Assembly: GCA_016196625.1 (NCBI GenBank)
Contig: JACPXH010000004.1
Span: 1,711 to 65,710 of the forward strand
Direction: 5' to 3'
From: Candidatus Parcubacteria bacterium
GTDB lineage: Bacteria > Patescibacteriota > Minisyncoccia > JACPXH01
DNA length: 64,000 nt
Shown piece after piece: positions 29,382 through 39,216 of the stretch. A model generated the notes under the pieces. That model ran no database searches, had not been told where the DNA came from, and saw nothing but the letters and a program-made list of their open reading frames with translations. How positions within the stretch are numbered: position 1 is the first letter of the stretch; every line of letters begins with the position of its first letter. Both the position numbers and the translations under genes were made by a program.

Positions 29382-29654
29382 ATGGCCGATATGTGGGCGG
29401 TGTGCCCAGAGCTCGCCGTCGAACTCTGGAAACTCGAAGTTGAGTGGTGGTTCCAGGAACGCGAGGAGGCTTTGTTCGGCCTTCTCAAAAAAAATGGGGA
29501 TGGCAGAAACCCCAGAGGGAGGGACAAGCGATGTGTAAGATTCTGGACGAAGGCGAGTGGTTGTGGCTCAAGTGGGGGATGGGATTCGCCATCCTCGTCA
29601 CCGTACTCTTCACCGCAGTTGCCTGGCTCTTACTTTCGTTGGGCACGCTCATGA
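29382..29654 (+). CDS. Small hypothetical protein (overlaps the next ORF)
   Basis: Strong SD AGGAGGGAG before ATG 29382; 3' half overlaps the next gene in another frame. Confidence 0.35.
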   Translation: MADMWAVCPELAVELWKLEVEWWFQEREEALFGLLKKNGDGRNPRGRDKRCVRFWTKASGCGSSGGWDSPSSSPYSSPQLPGSYFRWARS

Positions 29655-30580
29655 GCGCCTCTGGCGCCGAGGCGCGCGAGGAGCGCTCGGTGCCGTACGA
29701 CCGAAGCAAGATCGTTTCGAGCTCAATGCTCTTTGAGCCCGAAAAGTCCGTCATCGGGTGGAGTATCCTAGAGATCACCTTTATCGAATCCGGCAAGGCC
29801 GCGGCCACGCCTGAGCAGTGGGCCGAGGATCTTCGCAAGGCCGGCCGGATCGCCCAAGCGCAGTGGCGGGAGGCCCGAGCATATCTGGCCACCCTAAAGT
29901 GGGAGAAATACACCGCCAAAGAGTGGTACCGGATGTGTCGCGTCCTGCGACCGGTCGAAACGCTCCAACCGGGGAAACTTGACTGCGAAGGGTACGAGCG
30001 CGCCGCGGAGTCTGGCGCATGGGGACTGCATGATCCCAAGACCGGGGAACTCGTTGTGGATGGGAGCTCCGGCAATGTCGTGGTGAGAAAACTGACCACC
30101 GCGACAACCGTTGTTTCGCCGCCACCAGCCGCTGCAGCGCCCGCTAAGTTCTACGTGATCTGGGTGCTGCGCGATCCGAGGGATCGGTTACTGCGGCCCC
30201 ACCAAGAGAGCGCAAGCGTTGATGAGCGCCGCGCCCGAGAGCTCCTTGCCGACGCACAAAGCGGTGTGCAGCGCGTCAAGTTAGCAACGGGCGCATTCAT
30301 ACTCACCCTCTACGACCAGGCGTCCCCCAACCCGATGGGTCGCGGCTACAACTGCAACCTCGGATTTCAACAGGGCAAACCCTACGAGGTTGCAGTGAGG
30401 GAGGGATATGGCCTTGTCAGTCTCCCTCTCATCCAAAACCGGCAAGCTCGGTGCATCCGGGTCCAGATGATGCCCGAGTTGCGCCGGACCCTGTCGCTGA
30501 AAAATCCAGGTTCCGGTACGCTCGATTTCGTACCTTCCCAGACCACTGAAGCCACAAATCTGTGGTTCATGGTCTGGTGA
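29531..30580 (+). CDS. Hypothetical exported/membrane-anchored protein
   Basis: GGGAGGG SD, N-terminal hydrophobic helix, Pro/Ala linker. Confidence 0.6.
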   Translation: MCKILDEGEWLWLKWGMGFAILVTVLFTAVAWLLLSLGTLMSASGAEAREERSVPYDRSKIVSSSMLFEPEKSVIGWSILEITFIESGKAAATPEQWAEDLRKAGRIAQAQWREARAYLATLKWEKYTAKEWYRMCRVLRPVETLQPGKLDCEGYERAAESGAWGLHDPKTGELVVDGSSGNVVVRKLTTATTVVSPPPAAAAPAKFYVIWVLRDPRDRLLRPHQESASVDERRARELLADAQSGVQRVKLATGAFILTLYDQASPNPMGRGYNCNLGFQQGKPYEVAVREGYGLVSLPLIQNRQARCIRVQMMPELRRTLSLKNPGSGTLDFVPSQTTEATNLWFMVW

Positions 30581-30645
30581 TCTCTCGGGAGAGGCGCGCC
30601 TCTCCCCTCACCCCTGCTCACAAAATCTTGTGATCAGAGGCGAGC

Positions 30646-33600
30646 ATGATTCATAACAACCATAATTTTTTGATTGGACTTAATAAATCCCGCGCCTTCC
30701 TGCGGGGTATTAGGCCCCGCAGGAAGGATTTAGGTAACGCCAATTCATCCCCGCAACAAGCTGCGGGGTATTCTGGTAAGGTGCGGGATAAAAAGCCGCG
30801 GAAACTCGGGCGCTGTTTTGCTGCCCTTGTTGTTTTGGCGCTGGCGCTCGCAATCGTGGCCCCCTCGCTTGAAATTTCCTTGCATTGGCCAACCGTCCGT
30901 GCAGACAGCGCCGGCAACGATCCCGGCGGCCCGGGCGGCGACAACGGTGCTCCCGGCGGCGACAACGACCCACAACAATCAACGCCGCCGATCGTGCGCA
31001 GCTGGACCATGGATCAGTTTGTGCGCAACGTCTCGCAGGGCGGGGGGTTTGCCCAATCAATCACGGCCAACTCGGGCGACACGCTTCAATTCCGGTTTGT
31101 AGTCACTGCGGCTGGCAATGCCCCAATCACCGGCATTACCTTTCGGCTGAACCTACCCAACCAGCTCCAACGCCTGGCCGGCACCGCGTTCCTCGAAGGC
31201 CCCGGCGGCCGCACCCAGATTGACCACCTCATTTCGGTCATCACCAACGCCACGGTGCGGCCGGGTGAGACGTACGTTTTGGAACTCAGCGCCGCAGTGC
31301 CGCCGGCGAGTACCTTCTCTGCAGGTACCACGAGCATGATCAGCTCGCCCACCATGGAAGCCCCGGGTATGGTCAATCTCGCCGCCGCAATCTCCATTGC
31401 CGTGATGCTCCCGGCTCCGCCTCCGCCCCCTCCGCCTCCACCGCCGCAGCCAGTGGGTGTGCCGGCGTTAAACATCCTGGCACAGGTCAAAAATATCTCG
31501 CGCGCAGAAAGCACCTTGCGCGATCGGACCGGTGCCTCGCCGGGCGAGTCAATCACCTTTTCGATGCGAATTGATTCGGTGGGCACAGCTCCGGCGCGCA
31601 ATGTGCTCGCGCGAGATTTCCTGCCGGCTGGTTTTACGTTTGAAGCGGGCAGCACCAGGATTGATTTCAATTTTGCCGCCGGGGACCCCACCTCCGGGTT
31701 TTTCTCCCTGGGGGATCTCGCGCCGGGCCAGTCAAGAACGCTTCACTTTACCGCCCGCGTGGCGACCGGCTTTTTCGCCGCCGGCACAAACGCCGTAACG
31801 AACGTCGCGGTCGTGCAGGCTGACAGTGTGAGTCAAAGACAAGCGACTGCGTTCGTTGACGTAACAGTGGCCAGCCCGCCGCCGCCACCGACGGGCACAC
31901 CCGCACTCGCCATCTCCAAGCTCGGCCGCAACTTGAGCCGAGGTGAAGCCACGCTCCAAAGGACCGTCAACGCCGCTCCCGGCGAAGATGTCCTATGGTC
32001 AATCAGGGTTGATTCGATCGGGTCGGCCGCTGCCCGAAACGTAATCGTGCGCGATTCCCTGCCGTGGCAAGCCTCGTATCGAACCGGTTCAAGCCGGCTC
32101 GAGAGTAACGCGGTGGCCGACGGCATTGTGAATGGCGGCATCAACATCGGCGATCTTGCGCCGGGCCAAAACCGCATCGTTGCCTTCCAGACCACTGTCG
32201 GAGGCAGCAATCTGTTCGTACCCGGAATCAACACCCTGACCAACTTTGCGTTCGCGCGCGCCGACGGCCTGCCGAATGAAACTCAAGACAGCGCCCAGCT
32301 TGCGGTCACCGTCCCGGCCGCGGCACCGCCGCCGCCCGCCGGAGGACAACCATCGCTCGCACTTACGAAATCCACCCGCAACTTGAGCCGGAACGAAGTA
32401 GGCTTGGTTAGAGTTACAAACGCCTCGCCCTTGGAAACCGTAGAGTTCTCCGTGCGCGTAAGCTCCACCGGTACGGCTCCGGCCCAGAACATATCGGTAC
32501 AGGATTTCCTCCCCGGCGGGCTCACCTTAATTTCGGGTTCAGTGCGGTTGGACGGCAACGCGCAGCCTGATGCCATCGCCACCGGCATCGCCGTGGGGAC
32601 CATGCCGTCCGGCACAAGCCGCACGCTGACCTTCCAGGCGAATGTGCGCGACGCCAGCTTCTTTGCCGCAGGCGTAACCACACTCACCAACTTCGCCACC
32701 GCGAACGCAAGTTCAGCCTCAAGCCAATCCGACACGGCGAACGTGCTCGTTACGGTGAATCCGGCACCGGTCCCCAGCCCCAACCTATCCGTCTTCAAAA
32801 CCGTCCGCAACGTAACGCGCAACGAGATAAGTTTCGTTAAATCAACCGGTGCCGACCCCGCCCAAGAACTTGAATTCTCAATCCGCATAGACTCCACCGG
32901 CACCACTTCGGCCCAGAACGTAACCGTCTCCGACTTCCTTGATCGGATGACGTATGTCGCGGGCACGACCCGGCTCGACAACGCCACGACCACCGACGGC
33001 ATTGCCTCGGGCGGGCTTGCGATCGGGCCGATCCCCAACGGCACGAGTCGCACGGTAATGTTCCGGGCGCAGATCCGGGACGCCAGCCAGTTTGCCGCGG
33101 GCACCTCAGTACTCACCAACACCGCTACTGCCTCGGCCACCAACGTGCCCATCCGACAAGACACGGCCACAATCATTGTTACGGTCGGCGGCATTCCGCC
33201 GGGCGGCACGCCCAACCTCAACATCTTCAAGCAAATCCGGAACGCCACGCGCGGCGAATCGTTCGCCAAATCAACGAGTGCCGATCCCGGACAAGAACTT
33301 GAATTTTCGGTCCGCATTGACTCAAACGGCACGGCCCCGACCCAGAACGTCCGCGTTGCCGACGCGCTACCCGGCCGACTCACCTACCTGTCAGGCACGA
33401 CCCGAATCGACGGCGCGGCGGCTGCCGATGGCATTGCCTCGGGCGGACTCACCCTCGGCACCGTCCCCTCGAGCACCACTCGAACGGTTACCTACCGAGT
33501 TCGAATCGCTGACCGCAGCCAATTTTCAGTTGGGCAGACCGTGCTCAACAACTTTGCCACGGCTTCAGCCGACAACACCTTCTCCCGCCAAGATACTTCC

Positions 33601-34536
33601 AGCGTCCTTATCTCCATCTCGAGCGGCTCCTTCGGCAACCCTTCGATTTCGCTCACCAAACGCGTGGCCAACGGCAACCGGCCGAATGGCTCGGACTTCT
33701 TCAACGAAGGCCGAGCGAACGACCAACTCACCTACACGATTGAACTACGCAACACCGGCACCGCCGATCTCACGAACGCCCTCATTGACGACTATCTACC
33801 TTCGAATACCGCTTTCGTGTCCGTTTCCGGCAACGGCTTTCTCTCGGCTTCAAATCAGGTCCGCTGGTTCATGGGCACTATCGGTCCGGGCAGCGCGAGC
33901 ACCGTCAGCTACACCGTCCGAATAAACTCCGGACTTACCGACGGCATCTCCATTACGAACCGCGCGCAGGCCCGGGCAGACAACTTCAGCCAGACAGACT
34001 CCAACGAGGTAACGACGGTCATCCGAGAAACCGCGACCACGACGAATCTCCAAAAAACAGTTGACCGGCCGCAGGCTCGCCGAGGCGAGACTCTCACGTA
34101 CACGATCAACTACTTGAATACGAACAATGTTGACGTGCGCAGCCTGGTGTTCACGGACGTGCTGCCGCCGTGGGTAAGCTTAATTAGCGCCACGCCGCAG
34201 CCAACCAGTGTCTCCGGCCAACAGCTTGAGTGGCGCCTGGCCTCGGTCGCGCCGGGCGGCAGCGTCAACTTAACCATCCGCACCCGAATCTCCCAAAGCG
34301 CACCCAACGGCACCACGATGACAAACGTGGCCACGCTCACCTCGGTCAATCCCCACCCCCGCACCGCCCAAGCGCAAGCCTCAACGACAGTGATCCCGGA
34401 AGAAGTGGCGGTCGCGAAAACGACACTGCCGCCAACAGGCGCGGGTAAGTGGGTGAGTACCGTCGTGATGGCCTTTGTAGCAAGCGTCGCTGCGGTATTT
34501 GTGCTGTACCGGCGGTTTGTGGTCGCGGTGACATGA
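30646..34536 (+). CDS. Large surface protein with tandem DUF11-like Ig repeats and an LPxTG sorting signal (start uncertain)
   Basis: About 8 repeats of L.I.K....A.PG....F.I.....G...A.NV...D.LP; poly-Pro linkers; C-terminal LPPTG + TM + YRR. Confidence 0.88.
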   Translation: MIHNNHNFLIGLNKSRAFLRGIRPRRKDLGNANSSPQQAAGYSGKVRDKKPRKLGRCFAALVVLALALAIVAPSLEISLHWPTVRADSAGNDPGGPGGDNGAPGGDNDPQQSTPPIVRSWTMDQFVRNVSQGGGFAQSITANSGDTLQFRFVVTAAGNAPITGITFRLNLPNQLQRLAGTAFLEGPGGRTQIDHLISVITNATVRPGETYVLELSAAVPPASTFSAGTTSMISSPTMEAPGMVNLAAAISIAVMLPAPPPPPPPPPPQPVGVPALNILAQVKNISRAESTLRDRTGASPGESITFSMRIDSVGTAPARNVLARDFLPAGFTFEAGSTRIDFNFAAGDPTSGFFSLGDLAPGQSRTLHFTARVATGFFAAGTNAVTNVAVVQADSVSQRQATAFVDVTVASPPPPPTGTPALAISKLGRNLSRGEATLQRTVNAAPGEDVLWSIRVDSIGSAAARNVIVRDSLPWQASYRTGSSRLESNAVADGIVNGGINIGDLAPGQNRIVAFQTTVGGSNLFVPGINTLTNFAFARADGLPNETQDSAQLAVTVPAAAPPPPAGGQPSLALTKSTRNLSRNEVGLVRVTNASPLETVEFSVRVSSTGTAPAQNISVQDFLPGGLTLISGSVRLDGNAQPDAIATGIAVGTMPSGTSRTLTFQANVRDASFFAAGVTTLTNFATANASSASSQSDTANVLVTVNPAPVPSPNLSVFKTVRNVTRNEISFVKSTGADPAQELEFSIRIDSTGTTSAQNVTVSDFLDRMTYVAGTTRLDNATTTDGIASGGLAIGPIPNGTSRTVMFRAQIRDASQFAAGTSVLTNTATASATNVPIRQDTATIIVTVGGIPPGGTPNLNIFKQIRNATRGESFAKSTSADPGQELEFSVRIDSNGTAPTQNVRVADALPGRLTYLSGTTRIDGAAAADGIASGGLTLGTVPSSTTRTVTYRVRIADRSQFSVGQTVLNNFATASADNTFSRQDTSSVLISISSGSFGNPSISLTKRVANGNRPNGSDFFNEGRANDQLTYTIELRNTGTADLTNALIDDYLPSNTAFVSVSGNGFLSASNQVRWFMGTIGPGSASTVSYTVRINSGLTDGISITNRAQARADNFSQTDSNEVTTVIRETATTTNLQKTVDRPQARRGETLTYTINYLNTNNVDVRSLVFTDVLPPWVSLISATPQPTSVSGQQLEWRLASVAPGGSVNLTIRTRISQSAPNGTTMTNVATLTSVNPHPRTAQAQASTTVIPEEVAVAKTTLPPTGAGKWVSTVVMAFVASVAAVFVLYRRFVVAVT

Positions 34537-34552
34537 CCCGCCGCGGCGGGTT

Positions 34553-34596
34553 CATAGAAACAGGCAGCGCCCTTTAGGGCGCTGCCTGTTTCTATG
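34553..34596. terminator. Bidirectional terminator hairpin
   Basis: Perfect 20-bp IR catagaaacaggcagcgccc-ttta-gggcgctgcctgtttctatg between convergent genes. Confidence 0.8.
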
Positions 34597-34617
34597 CCGA
34601 CGCTACACCCCGGGGCT

Positions 34618-34923
34618 TCAAAGTCCTTGCAGTTCGCTCAACACTTTACTCGCATCCGCATCCAAGTCAGAGAGCACCGTCGCGTTCAGATCCGCTTCGA
34701 TAGCCGAAATCTCATCCGAGCCAGACTGCTGCTCGAATGCCGTAACGCGGCTGTCTGACTCTAGCTGCGGCGCCGGCCGGGTAACAACCGATCCGCGGTA
34801 GTCAAGGTTGTCGCCCAGTTCCGCATACGAGGCCAGCGCGTAAGCGAGAATCACCGCGAACACTCCGACTAAAATCGCAAAGATAGCGGGATGATCCAGT
34901 TTGCGTTGGGTACTTTTGACCAT
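34618..34923 (-). CDS. Small membrane-anchored hypothetical protein
   Basis: One TM, acidic C-terminus SDEISAIEADL. Confidence 0.65.
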   Translation of the reverse strand: MVKSTQRKLDHPAIFAILVGVFAVILAYALASYAELGDNLDYRGSVVTRPAPQLESDSRVTAFEQQSGSDEISAIEADLNATVLSDLDADASKVLSELQGL

Positions 34924-34927
34924 AGGC

Positions 34928-35425
34928 CTACCGCACGGCCTTCAAGGCCGTGATGATTTGCTTCAAGATGGTGTGCAGCTCCACGAGCGCTTTCTTCACG
35001 TTTTTGGTGGCGGCGTTCGCCTCTTGGGCGATTTGGCGGGGCTTGTCGCCTGTGCCGAGGGCTTCGTACTTTGCGCTCGCCTCTTTCACGGCGGCAATGG
35101 CTGCGTCGCGCTTGGCTTTGGCTTCGCTGACCAGGGGCTCAAGCGCCGCTACGTCTTTACCGGCCGCCCGGAGTTTTGCCAGACGACTTTCCACCCGTTC
35201 AATCATCCGCCGGAGCCGCTCAATGGCGGCTTGCTCCCGCCGGATCATGCGCCGTCCGTGCGCCTTGGCTCGTTCTATTTTTTCTGCGCGCTGAACCCGG
35301 AGATTGCCTTCCATCGTCCGGCCGCGACCCACCGCTTCACTTTGTGCTCCAACGACAAACGGCGCCACCGCGACAAACGCGGCGGTGAGCGCGGCTATTT
35401 TGAACAATGAGAATCGGCTCGTCAC
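34928..35425 (-). CDS. Secreted coiled-coil hypothetical protein
   Basis: Signal peptide followed by Ala/Arg/Glu/Lys-rich helices. Confidence 0.65.
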   Translation of the reverse strand: MTSRFSLFKIAALTAAFVAVAPFVVGAQSEAVGRGRTMEGNLRVQRAEKIERAKAHGRRMIRREQAAIERLRRMIERVESRLAKLRAAGKDVAALEPLVSEAKAKRDAAIAAVKEASAKYEALGTGDKPRQIAQEANAATKNVKKALVELHTILKQIITALKAVR

Positions 35426-35497
35426 GGAAGTTATCTCGTCCTTTCAACAATCATACCATAAGAAATGAACCTGGTGTGGATAATGTTATGAGTTGCC

Positions 35498-35986
35498 TTA
35501 TGTCTTTGGGGATGTACGAATTCGTCTCTGCCAAAGCAAAACGTATACCAAGGCGAGCAGCGTATAGTTGACGCCGATGAACACCGGATGGTTCCAGTTG
35601 ACCACGGAAATTGAGGCGTCCGAGACCGGGAATAGAAATGTCGTCGCCGTAAAAGGCGGCACATTCGCATGGCTGAACACGTCAATGAGAATATGGAGAC
35701 CCCAGCCCGAAAACGGCACGAGCATATCCGGGCGCATCAGCCAGACGACGGCAGCCATAACCGCAAAGACGAGAACGCTGTGGGCAGTTAAGTCCAGCGC
35801 CACGAGGAAGGGCGGAATCGTATCCAGCGCCGGCAGGCCTTGACCCTTGAGTAGAGGCCAGGGGTTAAGCAAGAGTGCGGCGAGAATGGGCAAATCTGGA
35901 ACTACGCCGCAGACGACGGCAACCCAGCGCTTCGGATTTTTCCGGTAGAGCGCGCCTGTCCAAAGCGCATGCCCAAAAGTGTCCAT
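35498..35986 (-). CDS. Membrane-bound metal-dependent hydrolase (YdjM-like)
   Basis: N-terminal His, PD, HS and HILID motifs within TM segments. Confidence 0.75.
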   Translation of the reverse strand: MDTFGHALWTGALYRKNPKRWVAVVCGVVPDLPILAALLLNPWPLLKGQGLPALDTIPPFLVALDLTAHSVLVFAVMAAVVWLMRPDMLVPFSGWGLHILIDVFSHANVPPFTATTFLFPVSDASISVVNWNHPVFIGVNYTLLALVYVLLWQRRIRTSPKT

Positions 35987-35998
35987 GATGTTGGGTAA

Positions 35999-36090
35999 AC
36001 CCCGTTAGAACGGGCGCTTCGCGATCGGCTGATGAAAGCATTATACTCCTATCTCTACCGCTGACAGAGTCGGTGACGTTCTAACGGGGT
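35999..36090. repeat. Intergenic element with perfect 14-bp terminal IR
   Basis: accccgttagaacg / cgttctaacggggt. Confidence 0.65.
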
Positions 36091-36106
36091 AAAGACCGCT
36101 GCGCCG

Positions 36107-36886
36107 TTAGCGAGACGCAACGCGAGCGAAAACTCCAAAATGGTCCGAGTAACCGGTGGAAAGCCGAGTGGCCGAAATGACGCACAGCGAGGGAGAGACA
36201 AAAACATAGTCCAGCCGGCGTTTAGCCGCCACAGATCCGGCCGGCCAGGTTGCGTGCTCGAGAAAATTTGCCGCGGTGATTTCCGGAGATGTGGTGAGCC
36301 CTGCGGTCGCAATCCGGAGCGCCTCATCGTCGTAACGCCCAGAGTTAAAATCTCCGGCCATGACGAGCGGCGGGTCAAAGTCTTCGAGCGCCCGGCGGAG
36401 CTTTCGGGCCTCAAGGCAACGGAGTGCTTCGTGATACGGATCAAAGTGCGTTGAGACCACCAACCCGACCCCGGCAATCTCGGCCGCGACAAACCCTCGA
36501 TTTGCGGAATATAAAAATGCCGACCACCCCCACCGGATGAGTTCCAACCCATGAAACTGTCCCGAGAGTACGCGCCGAAACGGCAAGCGACTTAAGATAG
36601 CGTTATTGTGGGGCAAGAACATGCGGGCAGAAACCGCGAGGTGGGGATAACCAATTCTTTTCTGAATGATGCGGACAATATCAGGCCAAAAAAACGCAGC
36701 CGCGTTGGTCTCTTGGAGACAGATGATGTCAGGCGACGGAGCAAGCTTTAACAGAAAATCACCAAGGCGCTCGGCGTTCTCGCGCATGGTTTGACGCCGT
36801 GCTCCCAACGCCCAATTGGCTTCGGCCGTTCCCTTGACCGGACCCTGGCCATGCCTAAGATTTAACGTGAACACGGAAAACTGCAT
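36107..36886 (-). CDS. Endonuclease/exonuclease/phosphatase family protein
   Basis: TLNL, DIICLQE, NAILSR, GDFN, LDYVF, SDH. Confidence 0.9.
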   Translation of the reverse strand: MQFSVFTLNLRHGQGPVKGTAEANWALGARRQTMRENAERLGDFLLKLAPSPDIICLQETNAAAFFWPDIVRIIQKRIGYPHLAVSARMFLPHNNAILSRLPFRRVLSGQFHGLELIRWGWSAFLYSANRGFVAAEIAGVGLVVSTHFDPYHEALRCLEARKLRRALEDFDPPLVMAGDFNSGRYDDEALRIATAGLTTSPEITAANFLEHATWPAGSVAAKRRLDYVFVSPSLCVISATRLSTGYSDHFGVFARVASR

Positions 36887-36950
36887 GATCTTTTTGCCTC
36901 ATCCGCCGCGCCACCTTTGGACTCACTCCACCATTCTAATAGATATTAGA

Positions 36951-37166
36951 TGTAAGATTTTCGAGCGTTGTTTATATCAAGCGGGGTGGGCTCGAGCGGC
37001 TTTTGAGGCCAAGCGGGCAGGGTGCCCCGAGCCTGTCGAGGGGCGAGCGAGGCCGAAGCGCTAGCGAAAATCCTCGCTGGGGATTTTCGCGTAGCGAAAG
37101 CCTGCTCCGCTTGATATCAAATCGTGTCATGTCTATTTTCTGTAAACAACGCTGGGATTTCTTACA
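36951..37166 (+). repeat. Dispersed fold-back repeat, copy C
   Basis: Close match to copy B over its full length; family core at 37063-37097. Confidence 0.85.
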
Positions 37167-37190
37167 TATTAGAATGTGAACCGTTCTTGA

Positions 37191-37523
37191 TCACGGCAGC
37201 GCTCGGACTTCACGCAAAATATTTTCAGGCACCGGGTTGCGCTTCGGGCTCTCGCCCGGGTAGCGCCAAGCGGTGATGATTTTGATGAGCTTACGTCTCG
37301 GAACCAGTCGGTACATCGCCCAGATCTCTTGCTTGCGCCGCGTTGCAGCCGGCTGCATCGCCGCAACGGTGTTTGGCGCAATCCCCTCTTCAATGCGTTC
37401 GGGATGGCGGATGACGCGCCGCACGCGCGATTCAGAAAGTCGGTACTGGCGCATCTTTTCCTGCGCGTGGCGGGTCAAAAGGTACCGGCGCTCGCCGGTA
37501 CCCGAAAAAGGCTGCGGTGTCAT
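37191..37523 (-). CDS. DUF4258/RelE-BrnT-like small protein
   Basis: LTRHAQEKMRQY.LSE..V..VI..P, IKIITAW. Confidence 0.65.
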   Translation of the reverse strand: MTPQPFSGTGERRYLLTRHAQEKMRQYRLSESRVRRVIRHPERIEEGIAPNTVAAMQPAATRRKQEIWAMYRLVPRRKLIKIITAWRYPGESPKRNPVPENILREVRALP

Positions 37524-37576
37524 GCGAAGCAACATATCCAGACACAGCCTATACTGAACCCGCCCAAACAGAAAAC

Positions 37577-37606
37577 CCCCCGCGTGCCTTGCAAGACACG
37601 CGGGGG
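37577..37606 (-). terminator. Intrinsic terminator after the ParB-like gene
   Basis: cccccgcgtg/cacgcggggg stem plus T-rich tail on the minus strand. Confidence 0.7.
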
Positions 37607-37615
37607 CTCATAAGC

Positions 37616-39034
37616 TTACGTTCTCTTGCGCTCCTCCCGAAACGCGGTAAGGGCGCCGGCAAGTTTACCCAACCCCTCCAGGATCTCTCCGAGTCGCGCA
37701 ATTGCCCAATCCAGATCAGCCGGGCCCCGCCGAAGGAAAATGGTGGGTAGCCCCCGATCAGGATTCTCCAGTATCCGCGCCATTCCTTCCGAAGTCCGCT
37801 CGAGATACCGCTGGAGGTTCCGAAAGTCCTGATACGGTTCCCGGGCGCGAGCTGCGGCACCCTTCACCCCGGCCTGCCGCACCTCTGTTCGAATGAAGTG
37901 CGACGCTTCCGTTGTGGTCAACCGGAGCTCCACGATACGCCGGGCTAGGCTAACCTGCAGCTCTGGAGAAGGAACATACGCCAGCTGGGCGGCAACCGAA
38001 TAGACGAGCTCTCCCACCGGCTCAATCATCTCCTGCACTTCCGCGGGAAGCCGCAAAAGAACAAGATGCTGCTCTGCCCATCTGTCTGAGTATCCGAAGC
38101 ACTCGCCCAGCTGGGCCAGCGTAAGACCCATGCGGTCTTTGATCCGCTGGAGCGCATAGGCGGTGTCGAGCGGGGTGCACTCGTCGCGGTTGTGGTTCGC
38201 GATGGCCGCTTGCAAGAACCGCTCTTCTTCATTCGCGACCAGGGTGGTGACCACGCGCACGTGCGTCTGGCCAGCGCTCTTCGCTGCCCGCAGACGCCGC
38301 TCGCCGCTCATCAACTGGTAGTAGCCGGGTCTGCCCGGTATTGGCCAGACCACGAGTGTTTCCAGCACGCCCACCGCCTTGACGCTCGCCTCAAGACGCC
38401 TTTGCTTTTCAGGATCGAAGTACCGACGAGGCTGGCCAGACCAGGGCAGGATACGATCCACGGAAACGGAGATGCCGCCCTCCGTTCCCTCGGCCGTCGG
38501 CTTTGGCGGTTGAGCAACCGGCGCCGCAACATCTCGCAATGGCTGTGGGGCCGCCGCGGTATGCCGAACCTCCGGAGACGCTGATCGCCGCATAGTCTCT
38601 TGCGGCTCGACGAGCGTTCGCCGGTGAGGTCGTGACCCGGACAGTTCTGGTGTTGGCGCTGACCCCCGACCGTCATCCGAATCGCCAACCTCTCCAAGGA
38701 AATGAGGGTTCAACATCGCGCCCACGAGTGCCTCTTCTTCCCGTCTCGCCTCGCGGCCGTTCTCACGGTGGAACTGGCAGAGTCCTTGGACTGCATCCAC
38801 CACTACCGCATCTGCTCCGCGATACCCTTGCAACGTGCACGCCAGACATCGCCGCCACAGCGAGGCGCAGGAGCGAGCGGTGCACGTGCCGAGGTTGGTC
38901 TGATAGACCGACGATTTCTCAACGCACGTTGGTTCGCCAATACGGCGGCCCGGAAACAGCGGACACGCAAAGAGCGCGTGGCGCACTACCGGCATTACCG
39001 GGGCCGGAGCTGATGCACTTGCCTTCCTCGCCAT
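37616..39034 (-). CDS. ParB/Spo0J-domain protein with a Cys-rich N-terminal extension
   Basis: QPRRYFD, GVLETLVV, SGERRLRAA, ANHNRDE, HTH; SD AAGGAGGGG before ATG 39034. Confidence 0.85.
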   Translation of the reverse strand: MARKASASAPAPVMPVVRHALFACPLFPGRRIGEPTCVEKSSVYQTNLGTCTARSCASLWRRCLACTLQGYRGADAVVVDAVQGLCQFHRENGREARREEEALVGAMLNPHFLGEVGDSDDGRGSAPTPELSGSRPHRRTLVEPQETMRRSASPEVRHTAAAPQPLRDVAAPVAQPPKPTAEGTEGGISVSVDRILPWSGQPRRYFDPEKQRRLEASVKAVGVLETLVVWPIPGRPGYYQLMSGERRLRAAKSAGQTHVRVVTTLVANEEERFLQAAIANHNRDECTPLDTAYALQRIKDRMGLTLAQLGECFGYSDRWAEQHLVLLRLPAEVQEMIEPVGELVYSVAAQLAYVPSPELQVSLARRIVELRLTTTEASHFIRTEVRQAGVKGAAARAREPYQDFRNLQRYLERTSEGMARILENPDRGLPTIFLRRGPADLDWAIARLGEILEGLGKLAGALTAFREERKRT

Positions 39035-39216
39035 GGCCGTCCCCCCTCCTTTCTTGGTGCTCATCGTAATGATTGATGAAAAGACCACCCCCTCTTTTCC
39101 TTAGAACATACAGTTAAAAACGCCAGCGGGGGTTGACTTACCCTCTGGTATCCGTATGGTAGTGGATACGGTTTCGAGTGTCCTTTTACCCCAGAACCCG
39201 CACACAGGAGGGAGCC

